Both the position numbers and the translations under genes were made by a program. A stretch of 64,000 nt of DNA, taken from assembly GCA_963789315.1 (NCBI GenBank), contig CAWBKI010000007.1, positions 16,012-80,011 on the forward strand. Reading direction: 5' to 3'. Source of the stretch: an uncultured Gemmatimonadaceae bacterium (GTDB taxonomy: Bacteria; Gemmatimonadota; Gemmatimonadetes; Gemmatimonadales; Gemmatimonadaceae). Below are positions 21,260 to 30,635 of the stretch, piece by piece (position 1 is the first letter of the stretch; every line of letters starts with the position of its first letter). The notes under the pieces are model-generated. The model made no database searches and was not told where the DNA came from. It was given only the letters and a program-made list of their open reading frames with translations.

Positions 21260-24200
21260 TCAATGCGATCGGGTGCTCCCCGGCTCACGGTGCGCGGCCA
21301 GCGCCTTGCGCGCTTCGCGCACGAAGGGCTGCAGCTCCGGATCGGCCGTGCGCCACGCCGCGGCGACGACCGCGTAGCTCGCCACGGCTTCGTCGGTGCG
21401 ACCCAGCTGCGTAGCGACACGGGCGCGGGCCAGCGTCCACATCACGTCGTCGAACCCGTTGCTGCAAGCACTCGTCCCCGGCCAGCGCCGCTCGAGCCTC
21501 GTCGACGCGTCCTTGAACCGATGCTTCGCGATCAACAATTGAACGAGCGTGAGGCGGTTGTCGTACCAGCACTCGTGCAGCGTGTCGCTGGCGAACATGA
21601 ACTGCCGCAGCGCGGACATCGTGTCGCGCCTGGCGAGCGCGAGATACGCGTTCCCGGCGACGACGTTGGCGCGGAGGCCGGCGACCGTCGACGGCGTGGC
21701 CGGCCGCGTCAGGCGGTCCTCGAAGTGATCGATGTACCGCTGGATCGACGCGGTGTCGCCGTCGCTCGCCCACCATCCGTAGAGCTTCGTTAACTGCGTG
21801 CGCGGCAAGAGGTCGAGAATCCGCTTGAATTCGGCGCGCGCGCTGTCGGCCGGCAGCATGCCGGCCCGGGCCATGTTGTAACGGACCGTCGAGCGCAGCC
21901 AATGCGCGTGCGTGGTCGTCATCGCCTCGGCTTCGCGCAGATGGCCGCGGAACTGAAGTCCCTGCACGGCCTGTTCGAGCGCGCACGACGGATGCTGTCC
22001 CTCGGTCAGCGCCTCCGGCGGCCGCTTGGATAGCTCTCGCGCGATCCGCACGATCGTCTCGCCGGAATCGGTCACGTGCCCAAGGAGCCGCGAGGCGACG
22101 CATAGCTGATTCTCGGGGAGCGTGTCCACGAGGCGCGCGACGTCGAGCGTCGAGGAACGCTCCGGGTCGAGCAGGACGTCGGCGAGCCGGATGAAGTCCG
22201 ACCGCGGACCGGACGGCGCGAGCGAGAGATATGCGCGCGCGTAGCGGCGCCCGACGCGCGCGCCGTCGAGATACGTCGCCAGGCGGATCGGCGTGAGGTA
22301 CGCCGGCGCGAACGAGGAGTCGAGCTCGATCGCATGCTCGTAGTGCTCGAGAATCTTCCGCTCGTCCACCTCGCCAATCACGACGCTGCCCTCGTACCGC
22401 ATCATCGCTTCCGCGTACAGGAAGCAAACCTCGGCGTCGTTCGGATAGCGCGTGAACGCGTCGCCCAGCAACGCCAGCAGCCGGCGGGCGATCGCCTCCT
22501 CCTCACCGTACTTGCCGGTCTGGATCGCGCTCCGCCACGCGAAGTAGCCGGCGCCGAAGAGTGAGTCGGCCGTGGCGAAGAGCCGCTCTCGCGGACCGAG
22601 GCCGCGTTGAAAACGGCTCGCCTGGAGCAGCAACGTGAAAGTCGTCGAGTCGGGAATCCGTCTCTGGTCGCGCCAGAAGCGAACCGTCGCGAGACGGTGG
22701 TACGCGAGCGCGAAGGTCGAATCCGTCGCGAGCGCGCTCACGAAGTGCGTTTCGGCGGAATCCCATTCCGCCGCTCGATAGAACTGTTCGCCGCGCAAGT
22801 ACTCCTTGAGCGCGGAGAGCGACGTCGTCGGGGACGAGGTCGCATGCGCGAGGTCGATGTTGCGGGACCGGCCGATCTCGCGAAGGACGGCCACGGTGAG
22901 CGAATCGGAGAGGCGGTCCATCCGGTCGGCGGCGTCCACGTATTGGATGTCGGCGACGGTTCGGCCGCTTGCCACGTCGAGCATGCTGAGCGTCACGCGA
23001 ACGGAATCGCCCGCGGCGATCAGCCCGCCGAAGATCACCAGTCGCGCGCCCGTCGCACGCCCGAGGTCTTTTGCCGACTGCGGGTCGGCCCGCCCGTGCC
23101 ACCGATGGATCACCTGCGACGCGGGCACGGCGCGAATGGGGCCGGCGCCGTCGAGACCGCGCGACAGCACGTCGACGAGTCCTTCCTTCCAGATTGCCAG
23201 CGACGGCGACGCGACGTCGAGCGGCGCGACGGCGACGAGGTCCTGGTCGAGCGGCGATGCACGCCCCGCTCTGCTCGCCGCGAGGGCCACGACGCCCGCC
23301 GCGATCGCGGCAGCGACGAATCCGACGACGAAGGGCGTCTTGTTCAAGCGTCCGGCGTCGCGCAGCGCCGCCGCAAGGTCGCCGGCCGTGGCGAATCGCT
23401 CCTCACGCAGCGGCGACATCGCGCGCATGACGACAGCGGCGAGCCGGCGCGACACGTAGCGGTGCAACGGCGCCGGATCCGCGCCGACTCGGCCCGCTTC
23501 GGCCTTCCCGGGGGCCGTGCGCATCGCCGGGCGCTGGCCCGTGAGCATTTCATATAGAACGCAGCCGAGCGAATAGACGTCGCTGCGGCCGTCGATGTCG
23601 GGGAGCCCGACGACCTGCTCGGGGCTCATGTACGACGGCGTGCCGGCGAACGGCGCGCCGGCGGTCGGTTCGTCGTCGCCGTTCGAGATGGCGCGCGCGA
23701 TGCCGAAGTCGGCGACGAGCGCGTGTCCTTCCTGGAGCAGAATGTTCGCCGGCTTGATGTCGAGGTGGACGACGCCGTGGCGGTGCGCGTAGTCGAGCGC
23801 CAGCGCCACCTCGCGGCCGAGACGCACCGCTTCCTCGCGCAACAGCCGGCGGTCGCGCTTCAACCGTTCGCGCAGCGACTCGCCGGTCGCGAGCGGCGAC
23901 ACGAAGTAGACGAACGCGGGTTCCTTTTCGCCGGGGAAACACACTTCCCCGGAGTCGTGCAGCGGAAGGATGTGCGGGTGCGAGAGCCCCGCCGCGATCT
24001 CGATCTCGCGCTCGAAACGCGCGCGATCGATGGCTCGCGCGATGCTCGAGTGCACCGCCTTGACCGCGACCTGGCGGCCGTGGCGCAAATCATCGGCGAG
24101 GTAAACGGTCCCCATGCCGCCGCGCCCGATCTCACGGACGATGCGGTAGCGGCCGCCCAATTCCTTGGGAAGCTCGGGGTCAGCGAGCAGCGGCGCGTAA

Positions 24201-24403
24201 GCGACGGCCGCCGGCGCCGAGAGGAAGTCGTCGGTCAGCTCGCACGCCGCGAGGAGCGTCATCAGCTCGGCGGCGAGGTCGGCGTCGCCGCCGCACGCGC
24301 GCTCGACCCACTCCTCGCGCTCGTCGGGACAGATCTCCAGCGCCGCATCGAGCAATGGATCGAGCTGGCTCCATTGCTCGCGGGACAGCGGTGCGCGACT
24401 CAT
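21260..24403 (-). CDS. Ser/Thr protein kinase (non-RD, HLD catalytic loop) with TM helix and ~560-aa helical/TPR-like C-terminal region
   Basis: The start is ATG 24403 (MSRAPLSREQW..), overlapping the sigma stop codon (ATGA). Kinase motifs are GRGGMGTVYLA, VAVK, HRHGVVHLDIKPANILL, DFGIA and GTPSYMSPE. The TM helix is FVVGFVAAAIAAGVVALAA. The frame is intact over 1047 codons. Confidence 0.9.
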   Translation of the reverse strand: MSRAPLSREQWSQLDPLLDAALEICPDEREEWVERACGGDADLAAELMTLLAACELTDDFLSAPAAVAYAPLLADPELPKELGGRYRIVREIGRGGMGTVYLADDLRHGRQVAVKAVHSSIARAIDRARFEREIEIAAGLSHPHILPLHDSGEVCFPGEKEPAFVYFVSPLATGESLRERLKRDRRLLREEAVRLGREVALALDYAHRHGVVHLDIKPANILLQEGHALVADFGIARAISNGDDEPTAGAPFAGTPSYMSPEQVVGLPDIDGRSDVYSLGCVLYEMLTGQRPAMRTAPGKAEAGRVGADPAPLHRYVSRRLAAVVMRAMSPLREERFATAGDLAAALRDAGRLNKTPFVVGFVAAAIAAGVVALAASRAGRASPLDQDLVAVAPLDVASPSLAIWKEGLVDVLSRGLDGAGPIRAVPASQVIHRWHGRADPQSAKDLGRATGARLVIFGGLIAAGDSVRVTLSMLDVASGRTVADIQYVDAADRMDRLSDSLTVAVLREIGRSRNIDLAHATSSPTTSLSALKEYLRGEQFYRAAEWDSAETHFVSALATDSTFALAYHRLATVRFWRDQRRIPDSTTFTLLLQASRFQRGLGPRERLFATADSLFGAGYFAWRSAIQTGKYGEEEAIARRLLALLGDAFTRYPNDAEVCFLYAEAMMRYEGSVVIGEVDERKILEHYEHAIELDSSFAPAYLTPIRLATYLDGARVGRRYARAYLSLAPSGPRSDFIRLADVLLDPERSSTLDVARLVDTLPENQLCVASRLLGHVTDSGETIVRIARELSKRPPEALTEGQHPSCALEQAVQGLQFRGHLREAEAMTTTHAHWLRSTVRYNMARAGMLPADSARAEFKRILDLLPRTQLTKLYGWWASDGDTASIQRYIDHFEDRLTRPATPSTVAGLRANVVAGNAYLALARRDTMSALRQFMFASDTLHECWYDNRLTLVQLLIAKHRFKDASTRLERRWPGTSACSNGFDDVMWTLARARVATQLGRTDEAVASYAVVAAAWRTADPELQPFVREARKALAAHREPGSTRSH

Positions 24404-25095
24404 CTTCCGGCGGTCGCGAAGCTCCGGTGCTGACCGGTGTGCGACGGCGGATCGTTGAGCGCGCGATAGAGGATCGCGCGCGCCTTGGTCCAGTCGCGGC
24501 GCACGGTTCGCGCAGTGATGCCGAGGCTCTCGGCGGTCTCTTCCTCGGTCATGCCGCCGAAAAAGCGGCATTCGACGACGCGCGCCAGCCGCTCGTCGAT
24601 CTTCGCGAGGTCGTTCAGCGCCTCGTCGAGCTCGAGCAGCGACTCGGGATTGGTTGTCGCGCCGTCGACAAGCCCGTCGTCGAGCGTGATCGGCCGCTGC
24701 GTACCGCCGCGCTTCTCGGCGGTGCGCCGGCGCGCGCGGTCGACGAGGATGTGGCGCATGGCGATCGCCGCGACGCTCAGGAAGTGCGCGCGGTTCTGCC
24801 ACGGCGATCCTTCGGACCGCGAGAACTTGAGGTACACCTCGTGGACGAGTCCCGTCGCCGAGAGCGTGTCGCTCGGACGAACGGCGAGCTCGCGGCGCGC
24901 GGTGCGGCGGAGCTCATCGTACACGAGCGGGAGAATCTCGTCGAGCGCCTCGGTGCGCCCGGCACGCAGCTCATCCCGAAGCTGGGGGAGTGTCGCCGGA
25001 GGCGACCACGCGGGGGACTGCTTCGGCCTGATCACAGTATATCTATCAGAGAGTTGACAATACTTGCTTGCCCGCCGGCGTCGGCGGTTCGTCAT
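24400..25095 (-). CDS. ECF-type RNA polymerase sigma-70 factor (TIGR02999-like, kinase-associated)
   Basis: Region 2 reads LPLVYDELRRTARRELA..TGLVHEVYLKF...RAHFLSVAAIAMRHILVDRAR. Region 4 reads LARVVECRFFGGMTEEETAESLGITARTVRRDWTKARAILY. The N-terminal ~20 codons are unusually AT-rich, so the true start may be the GTG at 25035. Confidence 0.9.
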   Translation of the reverse strand: MTNRRRRRASKYCQLSDRYTVIRPKQSPAWSPPATLPQLRDELRAGRTEALDEILPLVYDELRRTARRELAVRPSDTLSATGLVHEVYLKFSRSEGSPWQNRAHFLSVAAIAMRHILVDRARRRTAEKRGGTQRPITLDDGLVDGATTNPESLLELDEALNDLAKIDERLARVVECRFFGGMTEEETAESLGITARTVRRDWTKARAILYRALNDPPSHTGQHRSFATAGR

Positions 25096-25489
25096 TGACG
25101 GTTGCGTATCCTGGATCCGGGGAGACCGACCCGGCTTACATCGCCGGCGTCTGTCGCGCGACGCTCGATTACGTCAGAGCTGTCGTGTGTCGCGACGAGG
25201 TGAAGGTCGAACCGAGCACTGAAACGTCGTCCGTCATGAATGAATAGTTGCTGCGTCGACAATCAGTGTAGACGGGTCGGGTGCGAAAAGCTACTCCGCT
25301 TTTTGTGTCAACTCAGAGGCTTACAGAAACCGAACGGCCACCGTGACTTGCATCACGCGTGTCCGCATATCGTGCCAAATTGCGTATGGGCCATCCCGCT
25401 GGATTTCGACGCTCCGCACGGCGCAAGATCCCCGCTCCGCTCCCGGAAATGCGCCATCTGCGCGAACCATCTCCATCCTCGAGTTCGTA

Positions 25490-25867
25490 GTGAGCTCGCT
25501 CGGCGTCAAGCTCCGGCGGGCGTTGCGACTCCGGTGCCCGCGCTGCGGGGCGCCGGAAATGTGGTTGTCGTGGTTCAAGATGGCTCCGCGATGCCCGACG
25601 TGCGGCCTCGCCTTCGACCGCGGCGAGGCCGACCATTGGCTGGGGGCGTTCGCGATCAACTGGGTCGCCGGCGAAGGGGTCGCGGCGGTCGTGGCCATCA
25701 TCGTGCTCGCTGTCTGGTGGCCAAACGCGATACCCGGTATGGTGGTCGGCATCGCGCTCGCGTTGCTCATGCCACTTCTTTTCTTTCCGTTCTCACGAAC
25801 GATCTGGCTGGCGTTCGATCTTCACTTCCGCCCGGCCGAGCCGGGCGACGCTGGTCGCCAAGCATGA
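25490..25867 (+). CDS. DUF983 domain-containing membrane protein (zinc-ribbon + 2 TM)
   Basis: LRCPRCGAPEMW...CPTCGL is followed by two hydrophobic helices. The GTG start at 25490 gives a family-typical ~125 aa. The stop overlaps the ATG of the next gene (ATGA at 25864-25867). Confidence 0.7.
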   Translation: MSSLGVKLRRALRLRCPRCGAPEMWLSWFKMAPRCPTCGLAFDRGEADHWLGAFAINWVAGEGVAAVVAIIVLAVWWPNAIPGMVVGIALALLMPLLFFPFSRTIWLAFDLHFRPAEPGDAGRQA

Positions 25868-27354
25868 ACCTCACCGAGTCGTTCGACAAATCGCTTCGCG
25901 GCCGCGCGGATCGCGTCGGGCTCGAGTACGCCGATGCGCACGGCGCGCTCCGCGCGCTCACCTTCGGCGACATCGAGTCGCGGGCGAATCGAATGGCGCA
26001 CGAGCTGGCGGCGCGTGGACTCGCGCGCGGCGACCGGCTCTGCACTCACCTCGCGAACCGCGTCGAGTTCATCGATCTCTTTCTCGCCTGCACGCGGCTC
26101 GGCATCGTCCTCGTGCCGATGAACATTCTGTATCGCGAACGGGAGCTGCGCCACATCGTCTCCGACGCGGACCCCAAGGCCGTTGTCGTCGAACCGAACG
26201 CGGACGCGACATATCCCGCGACGACGCCGCTGTGGGACGTGTCCTCGCTGAGCGCCGCGGCCGAGCGGCGCGACAGCCGCCGGCCCGACATTCAAGTAGA
26301 AGGCGGCGACGCGGCGCTCATCGTTTACACGTCCGGCACGACGGGCGCGGCGAAGGGCGCGGTGCTGTCGCACGACAACCTCGCCGCGAACAGCCGCATG
26401 CTCGTGTCGGCGTGGCGCATCACCGACGCGGACCGGTACCTCGCGATGTTGCCGCTCTTCCACGTGCACGGGTTGGCCAACGGGATTCCCGCGTGGCTCG
26501 TCAGCGGCTGTCGCATGCGGCTCCTCGAGCGATTCGACCATCGCACGACACCCGGCGTGATGACCGATTTCAACCCGACGCTGGTGTTCGGCGTGCCGAC
26601 GATCTACGTGCGACTGCTCGATCCGTCGATCGTCAGCGACGAGCAAGCGCGCGCGATCGGTGCGGCGGCGAGGCTGTTCGTGTCGGGGTCGGCACCGCTT
26701 CCCGCGCACGTCCACGAAGCGTTTCGCGCCCGGTTCGGCCACGTGATCCTCGAGCGCTACGGCATGAGCGAGACGCTCATGATCACGGGCAATCCATATG
26801 ACGGGGAGCGGAGACCTGGCTCGGTCGGGCCTCCGTTTCCCGGCGTCTCGGCCCGCGTCGTCGACGACGCCGGCGGCGTGCTCGGCGACGACGCGGTCGG
26901 CGAGATCGAGGTCCGGTCGCCGCACGTGTTTTCGGAGTATTGGCGCCGACCCGATGCGACGGACGCGGCGTTCCACGACGGCTGGTTTCGCACCGGTGAC
27001 GTCGGCATTCGATCGTCCGACGGCTACTACGCGCTGCGCGGCCGGCGCGGCGACTTGATCATCACCGGCGGATTCAACGTCTACCCTCGAGAGATCGAGG
27101 AACTGCTGCTCGAGGACCCGCGCGTCCGCGAGGCGGCGGTGCTCGGCGCGACGGACGACGTTCGCGGCGAGGTGCCGATCGCGTACGTCGTCGGCGGCGA
27201 CGATGTGGACGTCGCCGCGCTCGAGGCGGCGTGTCGCGCCCAGTTGGCGTCGTTCAAGGTGCCGCGCGCGTTCGTGAGAATCGACGCGCTACCGCGGACG
27301 GCTCTGGGGAAAGTGCAAAAGCATCTGCTTCCAAAGTGGAGCGGCCATGGCTGA
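25864..27354 (+). CDS. matB: Malonyl-CoA synthetase-like AMP-dependent acyl-CoA synthetase (MatB family)
   Basis: The start is ATG 25864 (MNLTESF..); the longer ORF 25240.. is an artefactual extension. Motifs YTSGTTGAAKGAVLSH, LPLFHVHGL, ERYGMSETLMITGNPYDGERRPGSVGPPFPGVSARVVD, ITGGFNVYPREIEE and LPRTALGKVQKHLL closely parallel rhizobial MatB. Confidence 0.8.
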   Translation: MNLTESFDKSLRGRADRVGLEYADAHGALRALTFGDIESRANRMAHELAARGLARGDRLCTHLANRVEFIDLFLACTRLGIVLVPMNILYRERELRHIVSDADPKAVVVEPNADATYPATTPLWDVSSLSAAAERRDSRRPDIQVEGGDAALIVYTSGTTGAAKGAVLSHDNLAANSRMLVSAWRITDADRYLAMLPLFHVHGLANGIPAWLVSGCRMRLLERFDHRTTPGVMTDFNPTLVFGVPTIYVRLLDPSIVSDEQARAIGAAARLFVSGSAPLPAHVHEAFRARFGHVILERYGMSETLMITGNPYDGERRPGSVGPPFPGVSARVVDDAGGVLGDDAVGEIEVRSPHVFSEYWRRPDATDAAFHDGWFRTGDVGIRSSDGYYALRGRRGDLIITGGFNVYPREIEELLLEDPRVREAAVLGATDDVRGEVPIAYVVGGDDVDVAALEAACRAQLASFKVPRAFVRIDALPRTALGKVQKHLLPKWSGHG

Positions 27355-27403
27355 TCCGCGCGGCCGGACCTATGTTCTGACCGCCGACAACCCCTCCCGT
27401 CAT

Positions 27404-29287
27404 ATGCGACTTCTTGGATGGACGCTCGTTCTTCCGCTGGCGATCACCGTGCCGTCGCCGGCACGATCGCAAGGCTCTTTGGGCCCGACGTTCACCTTCG
27501 AAGAAGTGATGATCCCCGTGCGTGACGGCGCGCGGCTGCAAACCGTGATCATGCGCCCGGCGGGCCGCTCCGAGCCGCTGCCGATCCTGCTCAGGCGAAC
27601 ACCATACGGGGTGCCGAACGCGCCGCCTCCCGCCGTGGCGCTGAGCCAAAGCGACTTCTGGACCGATGGGTACATCATCGTGATTCAGAACCTCCGCGGC
27701 CGCTTCAAGTCGGAAGGCACCTTTCTGCTCTCATCGGCGGTCAACCTGGCGGACAAGTCGCCGAAGAACGTCAATGAGACGACCGATGCGTACGACACCA
27801 TCGATTGGCTCGTGAAGAATGTGCCGAACAACAACGGCAACGTCGGGATGTATGGCGTGTCGTACGACGGGCTGACGGCAGCGATGACGTTGCTCATGCC
27901 GCATCCGGCGCTCAAGGCGATCAGCGAGCAGGCGTCGCCGGCCGATGAGTGGATGAACGACGACAACCACCACTACGGCGCGCTGCGCGAGAGCTACAAC
28001 TTCGAGTACGCCGTCCTGGAGCAAGCGAGCAAGACGGCCAATACGCATTTCGACTTCGGCACGTACGATACCTACGAGTGGTATCTGAAGCTCGGACCAC
28101 TCTCGAACGTCAACGCGAAGTACCTCCACAATTCGATTCCGGCGTGGAACGAGACGGTGGAGCACCCGAACTACGACGCGTTCAACAAACGCGAGGCCTG
28201 GTACACGCAGATCAAAGGCTCCACGGTCCCGAACCTGAACGTCGCCGGTTTCTGGGATCAGGAAGACCCGTGGGGCCCCTGGGCGATCTTCCACCAGGCC
28301 TCGAAGAACGACCCTGACCACACGAACTTCATCGTCGCGGGTCCCTGGTACCATGGCTCTTGGCATTCCCCCAAGAACGACAGCATCGGGATCATTCCGC
28401 TCGGCGGGCACGCGACAGCGCAGGAATTCCGTAAGAACATCGAGGCGCCGTTCTTCCGGTACTACCTGCACGGCCAGGGAAGCAAGCCGACGTGGCGCGC
28501 GACAACGTTCCAAACCGGCTCGAATTCGTGGAAGACGTACGACTCGTGGCCGCCCAGGACGGCGAAACCGACCGACCTCTATCTCCACACCGACGGCACG
28601 CTCTCGTTCACGAAACCGTCATCGAGCGCGAGCGCGGCATACCGCGAGTACGTGTCCGACCCGGCGAACCCGGTTCCCTATCGGCAGCGTCCGATCTCGC
28701 CGACGTATCCGGGCGGCGATTGGCGTCTCTGGGAAGTCGCCGACCAACGCTTCGTGGACGGCCGCCCCGACGTCCTCACGTACACGAGCGCGCCGCTCGA
28801 CCACGACGTCACCGTCACCGGTGCATTGTCGGCGACGCTGTTCGCGTCCACCTCGGGCACCGACGCCGACTTCGTCGTCAAGCTGATCGACATCTACCCG
28901 GACAGCGCGCAGACGAACGCGTGGGATCCTGGTTTCGGTCCGCCGCCAAACGCGTACGCTCGATCGCTCAACGGCTACGAGCTGCCGATCGCAATGGAAG
29001 TGCGACGAGGCCGATTCCTGGAGAGTTACGAAACGCCTCATGCGCTCGTGCCGAACAAGCCGGCCGAGTGGGCGATCCCGCTGCGAGAGCACGACCACGT
29101 GTTCCTCAAAGGCCATCGCATCATGGTGCAGGTGCAGTCGACGTGGTTCCCGATCATCGATCGCAATCCGCAGAAGTTCATGCCGAGCATCTTCGACGCG
29201 AAGGCGAGTGATTTCGTGAAGGCGACGCAGCGCATTTATGGGTCGATGGTCTTGCCTTCTCACGTGACGCTTCCGGTCGTCCCGTAA
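27404..29287 (+). CDS. CocE/NonD family hydrolase (S15 X-Pro dipeptidyl-peptidase-like), secreted
   Basis: Signal peptide from MRLLGWTLVLPLAI (an alternative start is 27347). The N-terminal alpha/beta domain carries the nucleophile motif GVSYDG and is followed by a C-terminal beta-sandwich domain. The 627-codon frame is intact. Confidence 0.85.
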   Translation: MRLLGWTLVLPLAITVPSPARSQGSLGPTFTFEEVMIPVRDGARLQTVIMRPAGRSEPLPILLRRTPYGVPNAPPPAVALSQSDFWTDGYIIVIQNLRGRFKSEGTFLLSSAVNLADKSPKNVNETTDAYDTIDWLVKNVPNNNGNVGMYGVSYDGLTAAMTLLMPHPALKAISEQASPADEWMNDDNHHYGALRESYNFEYAVLEQASKTANTHFDFGTYDTYEWYLKLGPLSNVNAKYLHNSIPAWNETVEHPNYDAFNKREAWYTQIKGSTVPNLNVAGFWDQEDPWGPWAIFHQASKNDPDHTNFIVAGPWYHGSWHSPKNDSIGIIPLGGHATAQEFRKNIEAPFFRYYLHGQGSKPTWRATTFQTGSNSWKTYDSWPPRTAKPTDLYLHTDGTLSFTKPSSSASAAYREYVSDPANPVPYRQRPISPTYPGGDWRLWEVADQRFVDGRPDVLTYTSAPLDHDVTVTGALSATLFASTSGTDADFVVKLIDIYPDSAQTNAWDPGFGPPPNAYARSLNGYELPIAMEVRRGRFLESYETPHALVPNKPAEWAIPLREHDHVFLKGHRIMVQVQSTWFPIIDRNPQKFMPSIFDAKASDFVKATQRIYGSMVLPSHVTLPVVP

Positions 29288-29291
29288 ACCA

Positions 29292-30590
29292 GTGACCGCT
29301 CGAAGCGTGGCGCTCGACGCGCCGGCAGTCAAAACGAAGCTCAACCGACAGCAGATCGTCGGCTTCTGGGCGGCGTGGACCGGTTGGCTGCTCGACGGCA
29401 TGGACTCGGTGATCTACGCGCTCGTGCTGGCCCCGGCGCTCACCGAGTTGCTTCCGCGCTCGGGAATGGAAGCCTCCGCCGCGAGAGTCGGATTCGTCGG
29501 CTCGATTCTCTTCGCGATGTTCCTCGTCGGGTGGGGATTTTCGTTCCTCTGGGGGCCGATCGCCGACCGCTTCGGACGCACGCGCTCTCTCGCGGCGACG
29601 ATCCTCGTCTACGCGCTCTTCACCGGCGCCGCCGCGTTCGCGCAGAACATCTGGCAGCTCGGCGCGTTTCGCCTGCTCGCGGGGATCGGCGTGGGCGGCG
29701 AGTGGGCGATAGCCGGAACCTATGTAGCGGAGGCCTGGCCCGAGGATCGAAGAAAGATGGGCGCTGGATACCTGCAGACGGGCTACTACTTCGGATTCTT
29801 TTTCGCCGCGGCGCTCAACTATACGGTCGGCGCGCGCTTCGGCTGGCGCGCGATGTTCCTTTGCGGATTCGTGCCGGTGATCGTCTCCGTGCTCACGCTG
29901 CGCCGCGTGAAAGAACCCGAGCGCTGGAAGCGGCACGAGTCGGAAGCGAAACGCGCGCACCCGCTGGCCGAGATCTTCAGTCCCACATACCGGAAGCGCA
30001 CGATCGTGAACGCGACGCTGCTCACCGTCGCGATCATAGGACTCTGGGCCGGCGCCGTGTACGAGCCGGCGGCCATCACGACGCTCGCGAAGAAGGCGGG
30101 CATCGTCGGCCCCGCGGCCGCAAAGCTCGTCTCGCTGGGCACCGGCGTCCTCTCTATTGGCACGATCCTCGGCTGCTTGTGCCTGCCGGTGTTCGCCGAG
30201 CGGTGGGGACGCAAGGCGACTGTCGCTCTGTACTTCGCGGGGATGATGTTGACGATCCCGCTCGCGTTCGGCTGGGCGTTCTACCTGGACAACGGGCTCA
30301 CGCCGTTCATCGTCATTCTGTTCTTCATGGGATTTGCCGGCGGAAGCTTCGCCGCGTTCAGCCTCTGGCTGCCGGAGCAGTACGACACGCGCGTGCGCGC
30401 GACGGCGTTCGCGTTCTCGACGAGCGTTGGGCGGTTCGTCGGCGCGGGAGTGAATTTCGCGATCGCGTCGATGGTTCTGCGCATGGGAACACTTGGCACG
30501 CCCGTGGCGCTCACGGCGATCGCGTTCGGTCTGGGGATCCTGATCATTCCGCTGGCGATCGAGACGACAGGGCAGACGCTGCCGGAGTGA
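29292..30590 (+). CDS. MFS transporter
   Basis: 432-aa intact ORF starting 4 nt after the hydrolase stop. It has a 12-TM pattern and the motifs GPIADRFGRTRS and ERWGRKAT. Confidence 0.9.
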   Translation: MTARSVALDAPAVKTKLNRQQIVGFWAAWTGWLLDGMDSVIYALVLAPALTELLPRSGMEASAARVGFVGSILFAMFLVGWGFSFLWGPIADRFGRTRSLAATILVYALFTGAAAFAQNIWQLGAFRLLAGIGVGGEWAIAGTYVAEAWPEDRRKMGAGYLQTGYYFGFFFAAALNYTVGARFGWRAMFLCGFVPVIVSVLTLRRVKEPERWKRHESEAKRAHPLAEIFSPTYRKRTIVNATLLTVAIIGLWAGAVYEPAAITTLAKKAGIVGPAAAKLVSLGTGVLSIGTILGCLCLPVFAERWGRKATVALYFAGMMLTIPLAFGWAFYLDNGLTPFIVILFFMGFAGGSFAAFSLWLPEQYDTRVRATAFAFSTSVGRFVGAGVNFAIASMVLRMGTLGTPVALTAIAFGLGILIIPLAIETTGQTLPE

Positions 30591-30635
30591 CGTGCGCCGG
30601 ACGCGGCGGCACAGGGCTTGACTTGGGTTACAGTC

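Noticed and set aside
24404-24802. 133-codon extension of the kinase ORF upstream of MSRAPL (ORF 21260..24802). A similar 142-codon extension exists for the MFS ORF 5586..7283.
   Set aside because: The extensions lie inside the upstream sigma and hydrolase genes in another frame and are Arg-rich nonsense. The internal ATG codons give family-typical N-termini and ATGA coupling.
25030-25075. AT-rich promoter-like motifs inside the first 20 codons of the sigma ORF (TTGTCA..TATACT on the minus strand; TTGACA on the plus strand).
   Set aside because: The spacing between the -35-like and -10-like hexamers is non-canonical (13-15 nt), and there is no downstream gene for the plus-strand motif. I note it only as a reason to doubt the 25095 start.
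25240-25863. 208-codon N-terminal extension of the acyl-CoA synthetase ORF (25240..27354).
   Set aside because: The extension overlaps the DUF983 gene in another frame and has no synthetase homology. The family N-terminus begins at ATG 25864, which overlaps the DUF983 stop (ATGA).
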